A stretch of 64,000 nt of DNA from Cycas panzhihuaensis (lineage: Eukaryota; Plantae; Cycadophyta), in NCBI GenBank assembly GCA_023213395.1, contig CM041465.1, positions 125,495,741 to 125,559,740 of the forward strand, read 5' to 3'. Below, one piece after another: positions 23,201 to 36,585 of the stretch. How positions within the stretch are numbered: position 1 is the first letter of the stretch; each line of letters opens with the position of its first letter. The translations under genes were made by a program, and so were the position numbers. A model generated the notes under the pieces. That model made no database searches, was not told the origin of the DNA, and was given only the letters and a program-made list of their open reading frames with translations.

Positions 23201-25907
23201 AGCTACCATCAAGTCCGCATGGACGCCAAGGACACCTGGAAGACAACATTCAAAACACAGCATGGCTTATATGAATGGCTCGTAATGCCCTTCGGACTTA
23301 CCAATGCTCCTGCCCCCTTCATGTGCCTCATCACTGACATCTTTTGCCCACATCTTAGCATATTCATTATCGCTCACCTCGATGACATATTAGTCTTCAG
23401 CAAGACCTTAAAAGAGCATCAAAAGCATTTGACACAATCATGTCACTTTTATGCCAACATCAACTAAAGGTCAAGCTTAAGAAGTGTTCTTTTGGCCAAA
23501 CCTCCATCTCCTATATCAGCTTTATCATAAATGCCCCAAGGGATTCAAGTCAACCTAACAAAGGTTCAAATTACCAAATATTGGCCAACTCCAAAAAATC
23601 TTACAGAGCTCAAAAGCTTCCTAGGCAGCATCAACTTCTATCAAAAATTTATTAGGAATTTTTACAACATTGCACACGCATTAAATACCCTCATCAGTAA
23701 CACAAAAGAATTCACATGGAGTCCTCAAGTTGAATCTGCATTCCAGAAATTAAAGGTCGCCCTTTGCACAACTCCAATTCTTCAACTACCCAATGAGGAA
23801 CAACCATTGGAGCTCGAGACAAATGCCTCTCAATTTGCCCTGGGCGCAGTACTTAAGGAGGGAGGACACCCCATTGCCTACCACTCAAAAATATTCTCAC
23901 AAGCCAAGTTTAATTACAGCACATTTGACAAAGAGTGCTACACCCTCGTTCAACCTCTTAAACACTGGCAGCATTTTCTACTAGACAAAGAAACCATAGT
24001 TCATACTGATCATCAACCATTGCAGTTTTTCAACACCCAGTCAAAAATTCAGGAGCGCAGACATCTCAAGTGAGCATCTTATATACAACAATTCAATCTC
24101 ATCATCAAATACAAAAAAGGAAAATCTAACAAAGTAAAAGATTTCCTTAGTTGCCCTCCAACATTGGCACTCACAAGACTATTGAATAATCACGTTGCCT
24201 CCTGTACTGAATAGAGAAATCTCCCCAATACAAATCCTCATGTTCAGCCTATCACGCAGGCACTTGCACATCCCACAACTACCAATCTGGAACCATTATT
24301 GGATTATCACATCAAAGATGGCTTGTTGTACAAACTCAACAAGCTCTGTGTACCTATCGGTGCACCACGACAACAACTTCTTAAAGAAGCTCACTCATCC
24401 TCCTACAATAGCCATTTTGGGACTCAACAAACACTTCAACATTTGCAGCAATATTTTTATCGACCATCCATGTAGAAAATGGTTGAAGCATACATTCAAC
24501 AGTACTCCATATGCAGTCAATCTAAGCCTTCTAATAGAAAGCTCAACCTTTATCAGCCATTACTAGTCCCAACCCAATCATGGAAATCAATTTCAATGAA
24601 CTTCCTCAACAGTCAGCCCACCACACAACACAACAATGACTGCATCTTTGTTATTGTATGCAGATTCTCCAAAATAGCCATATTCATACCATGCAAAAAG
24701 GAGATCTCTACCTGGCAAGCTGCTACACTATTTTTTCAACATGTTTAGACCCACTTTGGGTTACCCCATTCTATCATTTCTGACAAGGGCAGTCGCTTTC
24801 TAAGTCACTTCTAGCAATCCTTATGGAAGATGCTTGGATGTCAGCTCAAATTTTCTACATCATTCCATCCACAAACCAATGGTCAACCGAGGTGGTTAAG
24901 AGGACACTGGTTCAAGCCCTCAGAATTTATCAACATCACAATAAACAATGGGATGTACGCCACCATCATGTTCAACACAACTATAATCGGGCAATCCATC
25001 GATCAATGGAGCATTCTCCATTTAAAGTTTGTTATGGCTAACAACTATTAGCTTCTTATGAACTTCCCTCAACATTACCATCTCTAGCCACCAAGCACGA
25101 GAACAAAGAACAACAAAAGGCCACTAGCTTCATTGAGCATTTTTCGCGTCTCCACACATCAGTCGAACAAATACTACACAAAACTCAAGACCACTACAAG
25201 ACTCAACATGATCAACATCAAAGTCCCAACCAGCTTCAACATCGGAGATAGAGTTTGGCTCCACCTAGACAAATGAAGATCCAAATGCCATCACAAACTT
25301 AAACCTATAAGGTTTAAACCTTATATCATTCTTCAACAAGTTTGCCCAAATGCTTATTGGCTCGACTTACCTGCACATTTAGGAATTCACAATGTGGTAA
25401 ACATCAACCAATTAAAATTGTATGGGCCCCCACAATTAAAAACTAAACTTTTTGCCACACATCTATCAAATACCATTCTAGACTTTCAACCACCACTGTA
25501 GGAGGATACTTTGTTGGGCACCAGACAGCAACACACCCAACAATAGCTCACCACCACGTACATCGTTGGTAGGAAAAGAACTCAACTGAACCTGCAAAAG
25601 CTAAGCGGATCTTTGAAGTTGACTTCCTCCACAATTTTTCCCATCTTTGACAGAAATTGGGGACAATTTCTTTTAAGCTGAGAGGAAATGATTAGTGGTC
25701 ATAAAGTATTCTTTATTCTTTCTTTCTTTATTCTTCATTCTTTATTCCTCTCTTATTCTTTCCTTATTCTTTAATGTACAAATAGCAAGTAGAGCATGCA
25801 ATACACAAATGACAAGTGTCCATCATGTGGATCTCTCGCTCATGTATTTATACTAGAAGGATTCAATGGAATACTCACTTTGGAGTCTTGCATTCTACCC
25901 TCTCAGT

Positions 25908-25948
<41 letters not shown>

Positions 25949-25963
25949 GATGTCCTCACATCG
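20243..25963 (+). mobile_element. Full-length Ty3/Gypsy element (chromovirus-like), decayed
   Basis: LTRs about 20243-20453 and 25689-25963 containing (CT)n tracts, TSD CTCTC/TTCTC, PBS TGGTATCAGAGC 20457-20468, PPT 25680-25688, domain order gag-PR-RT-RH-IN. Confidence 0.93.
21465..25650 (+). pseudogene. gag-pol: Gypsy gag-pol remnants
   Basis: gag ALMWW...TWNDF, RT WRMCIDYRALNK / YEWLVMPFGLTNAP / HLDDILVFS, RNase H ETNASQFALGAVL...VHTDHQPL, integrase IFVIVCRFSK / FHPQTNGQ. Confidence 0.92.
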
Positions 25964-26648
25964 TTCTCCCATGCAAAGACTAAGCCGAACAAGTATTTCA
26001 AATGAAAATTTGAAGCATGCAAGGGAAAAGGCCTCTGGAAAGAATGAAGCAGTGTTACAAAAAGCATTTCAATCCAAGCAAAGAGCACAAACAAGTCAAT
26101 GATATGTGAAAGTCCAGGTTAACCTAGACTAATCAAATGTGAATTTGGACAACACAAACAAAAAAGGATACCTCATTGTGAAAAGACTCTAAATCATAGT
26201 CATCGAGATGAAATCCAATAGCCTGTGCCAGCATGAGAGAAACTGAACACTAAAAGATGATTGATAGCAAACTGAATCCACATACAAATTAGAAGGAATA
26301 AAACCATTTGGACACTTGAACAACAAATCCTTTACACCACGCAGCCCGTTGCAATCAACAGATACCTGGTTTCACAGCATGTTGTACACATTTTTAGCAG
26401 TTTTGTGCCTTTTATCCATTAATGGTATTGGCCTGGTTTCTGCAAACTATTGAATAGTACCCCCTGTTGAGTTCTTATAATTTTGTTTCCAACCAAGAGG
26501 AAAATCTGGCAACGCAAGCATGGATCATGGGCGAGCTGATATTGAAGTTGCCTTTTATAAATAAAAACATAGCAAACAGAAAATGAACCACAATTAACCC
26601 CCCAAAAGAGTAAGTACAAGAAAATTTTATCATGGCATTAGCACATAC

Positions 26649-26711
26649 CACATCTTTAAACCGTACGATTGTCTTCTTGAGCTCACAAGAATCCCCATCA
26701 TAGATAGATAT
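26649..26711 (-). CDS. UTP15: UTP15-like coding exon 2 (ISIYDGDSCELKKTIVRFKDV)
   Basis: TTTTGCAG acceptor, GTATGT donor, phase 0; matches the UTP15 segment IHIY...KTFSRFKD. Confidence 0.85.
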
Positions 26712-26909
26712 CTGCAAAAGAAATACAAGAAGTAAAAACCCGAGATTTGAAGCCAGAAAGCCCCTTGATTCCCAATGATTTACGAAAATATCAATTCCTT
26801 GTTAACCATTCCACGCCTGAAATTTTCTAAGGAACTTGGTTATTTATTGCATTTGATCCACTAAAGGTAGAACCCATTCACAAAGCATGTTAAAGAGAAT
26901 ACACAATAC

Positions 26910-27113
26910 CTTGGTAGACGATGTAACTGCAAAGTCATGGAGAGGCTCGGGACAAAAATCAATGCGGGTGACACCTGCTATTTGACGCGAAACCTTATTG
27001 TTCTTGAATGCCTTCCAGAACTTGCAGTCAGTAGAACGAGGAGGCTGTTTCCTGTTATATTGTTTTGGTTTAATTGATATGAATTCTGTATTGCGACCGG
27101 CGTTTCCCGCCAT
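26910..27113 (-). CDS. UTP15: UTP15/SLOW WALKER1-like WD40 protein (SSU processome), coding exon 1 (68 codons)
   Basis: MAGNAG...KFWKAFKN...IAGVTRIDFCPEPLHDFAVTSSTK matches the UTP15 N-terminus as I recall it (YW..YK...[20 protein letters not shown]). GT donor at 26909. Confidence 0.85.
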
Positions 27114-27900
27114 TACTAACAGTGTATCGATGAAAAGTGCTGCAAACCTCGGAATCGAAGGACCGAACGAATCGGGAGCCTGTAATAGCAGAGATTTGTA
27201 ACGGAACAGATCGTAGTAGAAATATTCGCCCAAAAGTCTTTAACTTCGCGAATTAATCGGATTTTTGGATGCACGTCGAATATTTGAATTTGAAAATGTA
27301 CTCCGGCATTAAGTAGGCGGAAGAACATACAATGCAATAAGCATGTGGCAGTGGCCCCATTCGAAACCTGAATCGCACGGTCAAAACAAATTTAAAAATT
27401 CAAGCCATTGACAACTGTAAAAGAATGCAGAGACGATTCAACAATCGAAAAAAAAAAACAAGGAGGTTCGAAAGAAATGTTGAGAATTCATAGTGGCAGC
27501 TGACCAGAAAAAATCGTGTGAATCGATTTCGCCTGGAAGAGTTTAATTCAAGCATCCAACGACCTCCCGGCAGTCATTTGGAATCAGAGCACAATATTTA
27601 TACCGTTCCGAGCCAGAGAAAAGGTTCTTCTGGAATCTGCAGCCAGAGCAAAGATTTATACCAAGTAGAGCTAAAATAAACGAATTGATTAGCGCCTGAA
27701 GCACAGTGGAGGATTTTTCTTGTGTTTCAGAAGGCCGCTCAAAGCTGCCTGAATCGCCACAGAGAACGAAAGGGAACAAAACCTAAAAATTAAGTTTACA
27801 AATTATTCTTCTGTTTAGTTGCCGTAAATTTTTCATGAAATTATATTTTTTATTATTATGCATGGTTCCTTACCCTCTGCCGTTGATTAACCCGGAAAAA
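27114..27900 (-). promoter_or_regulatory. Probable 5' UTR and promoter region of the UTP15-like gene
   Basis: CpG-retaining stretch upstream of the ATG, abruptly bordered by very AT-rich DNA. Confidence 0.45.
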
Positions 27901-28399
27901 TTCGTCTTAATATTTATTTATTAATATTTTATTTTTGTCAAAATAATTTTAAAAAATTATGTATTTATACGTTTTTTAAATAATTATGAATATGTTGGAT
28001 GAAAATGAAGACACAAAAGATAAAGACGTGATCTGATTGTTAATATATTCTAATAATTATAAATAAAGAGGTTTTAAAAGAGAATTTTATGTTATTTTTT
28101 TATTATTTTTAAAAAATAAATTATTATTTTTTTAATTAAATATTTTTATCATTTTTTTTTTTCCTAAACATGCACTTTCACCATTATAAATATTATGAAC
28201 AAGAGATAATCTACAATGCATAATGCTTAAATTTGGAGAAATATTAGTTTATCTAACAATGATGGGATGTTTCAAAAAGGTAGAAATAACAAGATGAATT
28301 AGGGTGAGCATTAGTTCAACAAAGACTTTGGTAAGGAATGGAAATAAAAATTATTGATGTTACATTTTAGAGAATAAGCCAATGATTGAATGTAAGGGT

Positions 28400-29400
28400 T
28401 GAAACCAAATGGTAAATAATTATTGAGCAAGAAGAGATGGGGGCCAAGGTAGGTTAGCAATGTTATTAATCCTTCTTACTTGCTTATAATGTCTATCTAA
28501 TCCATTGGTGTGGCAAGATTTTTTATTGTATTACATTTAGCACTTAATAACTTTTCTTGATTATTCTTACAGGGATGCCATTATGGCATCTTTAATTGGT
28601 AGGCAACACAACATTTATTTGCAAGAGTTATAGATAATTGCAAGGATTAAGCTTATATGTGAGATAGTAATGGCCTCCAAAAGAATAGAAAAGCTTGTGG
28701 CAAAAATTTATAATGAAGTGAGTTTGATTTACCTATAATTTGTTTAAACCAGCAAGTAGTTGTAGTGCAATAATAAGGGTGCATTATAAGACTCTCAATA
28801 TATATTGTCTTAGTCATTCCTCCTCTAAAAGTAGTCCTTAAGCAATTGGTCAAGGATTCTTTAAAGGTTTCTAACTAAAAGGTGAACTCAATTCAAAATT
28901 TATTCAAACTCTTATTTTTTAATCCTCCAAAGCTTCAAAGCAAATGTTCATGTGAGACTCGTGGATGTGTTATTGTAATTTGGTAGTTTTTAATTGATAG
29001 GAGCTAGATTTCTCTATTGATAATACTATAACTTTAAAAGACACATTACAGGTTGAGTTTCCTAATTTTCCCTTTTACTCATGGACTTTTGTTAAAGAGC
29101 TTGTTGAATCTTTATGGGGAATTTGTCTCCCCTAAACCACATAAAGAATTTATCCCAAGTCGAGCATTTGAGGCTTTAATAAAGAGAATGTATTTAAATA
29201 TTAACTATATTATATATTAATCCAATGTAGAGGTGAAATTCTCACATACAGAGTCTTTTTTTTTTTTAATCCCCAAATATGATAAATGTATATTTCAAAT
29301 GCCATTTAAGAGAACACAACATTAAAGACTATCCATTAGTTTTGGTTGTTACCAAATAGCTTATCCTCGATAAAGAATGGATCTAAGCCTTTGTCGTCGA
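28400..29400 (-). mobile_element. Highly degraded Gypsy pol (RNase H/integrase junction) remnant
   Basis: Only faint motifs: HNAP... and FFWRPL, resembling the integrase zinc-finger region. Confidence 0.3.
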
Positions 29401-32400
29401 ACATGACAATGGTTATATCAAGGTTCATAATAAGAAATTATTATGTGTTAACCCCTCTAAATTGATTAGAGCAATTTCTAAAATAGGAAAATATTGATTA
29501 TTTATAATTATGGTATTAAAATGAAGGTAATTATGCTATATAAAATGGATCATAACCTAGAGCTTATCATTGGCTTCAAGACAGGTGATCATGGGGCTCA
29601 AATGAACATTGTATGAACAAGTTGTGACAATTTAAAATTTGCAATCCTTAATATAAATTATTAAAGGCCAACTTTAGGGCTAGTCCTAGCCTAAAATATT
29701 GTAGGCTTTTTAGAAGGAAATAGATGTGTAACCTATATAAGGAATGGTTAGATTATTAAAAATATAGGGTTTTGGATATTATATGTTTTCTTTGTTCCTT
29801 TAGGAGGAGGTTTTATTTTAGGATGTTTATTTGACTTGAAAAGAGACAAACTTTTATAAAAGACTCTTGTGGAAGCTTTAGAATAGAGATAAGTTTCATT
29901 ATTGAATGTTATTTCATTTTATTGTGAAGTTCTTATATTTGTTATTATTATAGTTCCTTGTGCATTGCCATATTTACTACCATATTAGTACTTTTTCTTT
30001 TAATGTACTTTGAAGTGGTTATTGGTATTTTTTTGCTTCTATTTTTTGATATTTAATAGTAGTATAATATTTATGCTATTATTTGTTGTTGAAATCAATG
30101 AGCAGCCTAATGAGGTTTATCATAAGTAGTATGAGAGCATGGCTTTCACCAATTAGGATTTTATTAAATATTTGCAATTTTAGTCATATAAACACTTGAT
30201 TTTAGGAAAAATAATTGTTGATGTGAGACTATTAAACCTATGTCGTAGATTTTAAGTGGTTATATTGTAGATTTTGGATTAAAATCGTAAAATTTATAAG
30301 GGTTTTAATCTCAGTCTATTGTGGATCTAAACTAGTTTTGGTCTACAAATGTGATTTTTTTGATCAATTATATGGTAGATGATCTTAGTAGAACTTGCTA
30401 CATACGAGCAATGATGATATAACTCATACTCATCATAATACTCTACAACTCTCTACAAGTGATGGTAAGAATATAGAGGGAAAACATCCTTTAGACGATG
30501 GTAAAATAACAAATAACCATTACAGAGAGGCTTTATGATTTTCAAATAACTATGCAATAAGATTTTATGTTATTCGGTTAGTATCCCCATCAATCTACAA
30601 TGGTACCAACACTTAATATCTCTTTGCACTTTTGGATTTCACTCTCATGTGGCATGTTATGTTTGTGGTTAATTGGAGTAAAAGTTTGAGCTCTATGACT
30701 AGGATTTCTATAACAACAACTGCTTGATCACTAATATCCATATTTGAACTACCTCTAAGGCTATCAAGTCTTATATCGTCATCTTAGGCTAGTAGGATCT
30801 TCAAGATATTGTTTAGTATATTCTCCCTTGGCTAGGTGTCTAATATAACCTTGGGTGTTTAACTATTTGTCAATATTATCTTATTCTCTACACCTTAGGA
30901 TATAATCAGAATAGGCTAACATTTGTTTTTCTCTCTAAGCCTTATGACATAATCATATTAGGATACTCATTTCCCTCTATTATTAAGAGTAAGCTACACT
31001 GAAGGAACAATTATTAGGGCTTATATAGAAGCTATGCATTATTACTATTCGCGAACTTGTGTTGTAGATATAGATTTTTAATGATTTGTTAAGGTTTGCA
31101 TGAGGTTATTTTTTATGCTAGTGGTTTTATAGAGCATGTTTTAGTTTTAATCCTCTAATTAAGCCAACTCTGGGTAAACTCCTTCCTTGCTAGTCTTTTT
31201 CTTTTTAAACACTCTGCTAGCTTCATTTCCTTGTATTTTTTCAATTTTCTTTTTAGTACTATGGCGTGGGTTGGTATAGTCAATTACTTTTGTTTTTCAT
31301 CTTTTCTCTGGATTGGGCCTCTATGAGTTATCATTGATTTGTTAAAGAGGCATTCTTATTTTGCCCTAGTTTCTCTCCTATACATGCAATGAGAGAGGAT
31401 AAAAATCCCTCCCATTTATCTTTCAGAAAACCATGATGACTTTAAGCTCTAATAAGAATTGGCCATCTATTAACTCTAAAAATTTGAATAAGCCCTTATT
31501 ACAAGATTCAAAAGGTCACTCCACTTTAAACACCCCTTTAAATGGATGCTGGAGGAAAGCATCAACAAACCCTTAAGTAAAGATATCCCTTTATGGCTTT
31601 AAGCAAGAAATAGTGTATTTGTGAGGCAATGTGTTAACTTACAAATTTTTATAAATTTGACCTTTAGAAATCTCCCTTAATAAATGGGTTAAGGATAGAT
31701 AAGGAGATAAACTTTAACTTAAGAGGGATGTTAATGTTAAGTTAAGAGTGAAAGGTTTTTTCATTCTAATCTTTGCTTCCTAAGAGAATAGAAATAAAGT
31801 CTTTCAAGGTAAGCTATATTTTATGAACTCATAAGGGCCATACATGTGAATTTAGACCTTGGGTTTTGACCCTAGTAAAGAGGACCTTTTGACTACTTTA
31901 GTCTAGGTTAAATTGTATACTATTCCCTTAGAATTTTGGAATGATAAAACTTTGAAAGAGATTGAGGATTCATTGGGTTCCTATATCAAAGCCTTAGAAG
32001 TTACTATAGAAAATCATCATACTGTCTATATTAGAATATATGTTTATATGGATCTACTAGTTTTACCTCCAAAAGTAATAATCTTAGAGTTTGATGGAGG
32101 CAAATGGAATCAATAGGTAGATTACGAGTAAACTATATTTAAGTATAGAATATGCCATTAGTATGGTGACCTTCAAATAGATTGGCTAGTTAAGAAGACT
32201 GTAAAGAAGGATGTTGTTACAAATCAAGATGAATTTTAGATAGTTAAAAACAAGAAATCCTAAGGTAATAAATTTGGATTAAAAATTTGCCCCCTAGTCC
32301 CCTAATTATAACAAATTTGAGGCTTTTCGAGAAGAGCAAGGGGAGGACATGTAATTATCTCCTAAGGTGAATTTCAACCTCTAACCAAGCTTCAACCCAA

Positions 32401-33487
32401 GGATGTGGAGAAGGTAGGCATAACTCCCAAATGATAAACAAAAAATGGATAAGAAGGACTCTTTGAAGATGGAAGACATAAATGATATACTCTATGATTA
32501 GGGAGTAGTTTATGGTTATCTTACTTAATATCTTACTAGAATCTCTCCTTCAATGACTGTGGTTGGTAGGGAAGACTTTATAGAGAATAAAGTAAGGCCA
32601 TCACAAAGATAAGATATTTCTATCCTATAAAAGCATCAACTTGATTCTTCCTACAATGGCTATGTGACAAGAGGGATAGATTAGGCGTATAACTCTAAGA
32701 GTTTATTGGATGTTGCTAGGGATAAAGAGGGGATTCAAGAATAGGAGCCGCATGTTAGTCTAGAGAGTGCAATTCCAAGGGATCCTCCTATGGATTTAAT
32801 TAAAAAACTAAGAGACTTGTCTAAGGATAATAAGGATTCTCATAATGGGGATGAATAAACTTGCCCCTCTAATGACCCAAAGTCGCACCTAAAGGGCAAC
32901 CTACTATATGGGCTTATTCTAGAACAAAATGAAGGTAGGTTAGAGCAAGCTAAGGATTTCAAGAATATAAGATCAATAAAGCCAGGCATAAAAACTCTCA
33001 GATGTAAAAATCAAAAGGAGGAAACCTCCAAAGGGAAAAAGGATACGAAATCTAATATGGTGAAACTTCTTAAGGGGGGATAATTCCTAGTTAACTACAG
33101 TTAAACTTAGCCCTTTAAGAAGGTTACTTCCAACAAAAATAAAATCCTTAATCATGAAGTTGTTATCATGGAATAGGGGTTTAAATATTATTTCTAAATA
33201 GAGAAATTTTAAATGAAAAATCACCTTGAAGAAGCCAAATATCTACTTAATTTAGGAAACAAAGCTATATTTAGAAAAAATGTCCATGATTGTGCAAAAA
33301 AATTGGCAAGGTAATAGTATTGGGGACCATTGGCTCCAATGGGGTTTAAGGAGGCTTGACTTCCTTACTTGTTATGGGAAAAGTCTAGTTGATCGATTCA
33401 AATAGGGATAGGAAATGGATAAATGGTTAATTCCATTTTGTAATGATAGGATTAATGATGAATATTATGAATCTCTATGCTCCCATT

Positions 33488-36400
33488 TAAAGTGATTATA
33501 AATTGGATCCACCTCTTCAAACACAAAAAGAGGTTGATATAAAAGTTGAATAAGTAAATTTGCCCTAGCACTAAATGCTAAATAAAAGTATGATTAACCT
33601 AAAAGTAAAACTTACATAATGAATTAGGATTCTCCCCTATTTATAGGTGTCAATATGGCTTCTTATTTAAAAATTCATTTAAATAATATTATTAATAATT
33701 AAATACCAAGTTCCTAATATAAAAGCTAACTTTTAATAAAATATCAACTTCTCATCAATGGCTTAAGATCATTACAATCCATCCTTCCTTTAGAGAATCC
33801 TTCACCTACGAAGTATTATAATATTATTGTTTAAAGTTTGGAGTGTGTATTTCCTCGTTTGTCTTCAATCCTCCACCAACTAAGGTCTAAATATCATAGG
33901 CTTTTAATTCTTCTTTATTTTGTCTTCTTAAAGCACCACATATATCTCTCCTTGTTACTTGTAATAATGTCTTATTCAAGATAGCCTTCATATAAGCTTT
34001 ATCATTTGAACAATCGTTGGACCTGTGCATGCTAACTTGAACTCCTTTGAGGTCTTGCCTTCCACTTGTATATGGTGTCCTTGTATAGTTATCCATGAAG
34101 GGAAAATAAGGACATGCAGAAGGAGGATAAGAATTATGGAAATCATATGGAGGAAGCTAATGTAAGAAATTATAAGAATAAGGGGCTAGAGCATCGAGAT
34201 GGTGAGATAAGTTTAGTTTGGGACTAATTTGTGAGTGATTCGACTATGAGTGATATGGAAGAGTTATATAGAGGTTATGATAAGTATGAAGTAGACAATA
34301 ATATAAATATATACTTCCATAGTAATATGTAAAAAAGGTAGTAGGGAAAATATAGCAAGGGATTAAAGGTATGGCAAAGGTTTTATATATGAACGTATCA
34401 AGGAGACTAGAGGGTATTGATGAATTATATTATATGGGAAACTAGGAGGACACATATAAGAGGATTTGTTGGGGAATCTGATAGATGAAAGTTAGGTTGG
34501 ATAAGAGGTAGACATGAGGAATCTATGGATGATAAAGATGGCGTTATATAAGATGAAAGGTAAGCAAATTTATATCTATATATAAACTTAAGTTTTAAGG
34601 AGGTAAAAGGGAATGAGAAAATGCTTTTGGTAATGGCATGTGAAGGTGGCTTGTAAAGTAATGCAAAGGGCAAGGGAAAAATGTATTAGGTAGTGAGAAG
34701 GTTGGTGCTAGTAAGAGCAAAGATATAGAGGGGAAAAAGATAATTCTTTATAGAGGGGGTATACAATGATAACACGAAGGGTTGAAATTTGTTGAGAGGG
34801 GGTTGAAAGATAAGGGGTATGGGGGTGGTGATAAAGAGGCTTCCTAGGAAATGGGATATGAAAGGGTATCTATAGTAGAATAAAAATTTGACCTACTAAA
34901 AGTAAGGAATCCAAGGTTTTAGGTTCTAATTCATTTATAGGAGTTTGTGGTATAGGGGATAAGGGTTTCTTCAAGGCTATAAAACTTCAAAACTCAAGAT
35001 GAATAAGGAAACTTCCAAAAGAAATAAGTCAATAGAAGACAAGATCAAAAGCTAAAATAAGTACTTTTTTTTAGTCATCTTATATCTTGGGTTCTTTCTT
35101 GAGCTACTTATTAATGGTAATTTCCTCACTTGATTCATATGTATTGTTCCTCATTTTATTATATTATTTACTGATAGGCTCCTCTATAGGTCATTTTTTA
35201 ATTAGATCATTTGGTTCTTCATGTGTATCACTTACCTTTTTATATTGTGGCTTAACCATAGGCTCCTTGCTAGATTGTTCCTTGATTTGGTTAGCTAGTT
35301 TTTCTCTACTCTTTTCCTAATCTTTGGCCTTCTCCTGATAAGCTCTCTATCTAGCTTGAATCCTATTCAATACTTATTCATTGCCTTCCCTTCAACATTT
35401 ATTCTTAAATTTTGTAAAACCCTCTCTAATATAGTTTATTTAGTGTTCATCCCACCACCTTATAATCCTTTCATGAAATTCAACGAGAAAAGATCTTAAG
35501 AAATGTTCCCAATTAGGAAAGTCTCTTCAGAGTTTATGAATGGTCCACCTTAGAGTTTTATCACTAAAATAGTGATTAATAATTAAGATAAAATACTTCT
35601 TTTTTATGTGAGATAAAAATTTAAGAATTTTTCAAACTTATCTAGCCATTATATAGGTTACACTCCTTCGTCTTTAGTGAAAATAGGTATATTTGGCTCC
35701 ATTACTAGACATTAATTTTAAATAATAATTAATATATTAAATTAGCTATAAAATACATTAAATAATAGCTTGCAATGATGCCATTTAAATTAGGATTATA
35801 AAACTTTAGATGAATTCAAATTTTGATACCTATAGAGAAAGTTATAACTCTTTTAATGTGGGGCACAATTAGGGTTTTTAGGTACTATAGTAGTACCTTT
35901 TACTAAAATACTATTAATGTTTTACTCTAATATCTAATGAATCTAAAACCACTTCTAATAGAAGGTAGATGTTACGGCACACATATTTAAATTGAGGTCA
36001 ATCAAGTACTTATATCTAAAGTTATAGCCATTTGAATTTATAATATTAGATTTCAGGCCCTAATGATAACAATGGATAATGGACTAAAATTAAGTTTCCT
36101 ATAAATTTTGTAATTTCACTTTCAACCTTGTAGTACAACCACTCAAAATCTGTAAAATAAACTTAATCAATTAAAATTTATATATTTATTTTTTGAAATT
36201 CTTTTGTTTATCCTCTTAAAAATATAAATCCTTAATGGGCAAAAAATGAGTCTTTAATAATACTTAAAGTGATCCTAAATTAGATCCACTTCTTCAAACA
36301 CAAGAAAAAGTTGAATAAATAAAAATGCCCAAGAAACCAAGTTCTAAATAAATTTAGGATTAATCTAAAAATAAAACTTACATAATGAATTAAAGTTCTC

Positions 36401-36585
36401 CCTTATTTATAGGTGCCAATATGGCTCCCTATTAAAAAATTAGCTTTAATAATAATATTAATAATAAAATGCCAACTTCTTAATATAAAAGTTAACTACA
36501 TATTAAAAATACCAACTCCTTAATAATAATAAATTTCACTTCTAACAAAATACTAACTTCTCCTCAATGGATTAGGATTGTTACA
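33488..36585 (-). mobile_element. Internally deleted (non-autonomous) Gypsy-type LTR element inserted in the endonuclease domain of the old LINE
   Basis: Diverged direct repeats 33488-33776 and 36265-36585, TSD CCATT/CTATT, purine tract next to the left LTR, weak integrase C-terminal remnant at 33.8-34.1 kb. The LINE frame (NLYAP...) resumes after it. Confidence 0.8.

Larger units (their letters stand above)
19120..26551 (-). pseudogene. Decayed multi-exon coding remnant of an unidentified protein, downstream of the UTP15-like exons; one intron hosts the Gypsy element
   Basis: Phase-compatible candidate exons at 26551-26366, 26222-26172, 20009-19919, 19763-19624 and 19557-19473. In-frame stops are all explainable as CGA>TGA or CAG>TAG. 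Two candidate donors read GA rather than GT, so those boundaries are uncertain. Confidence 0.55.
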
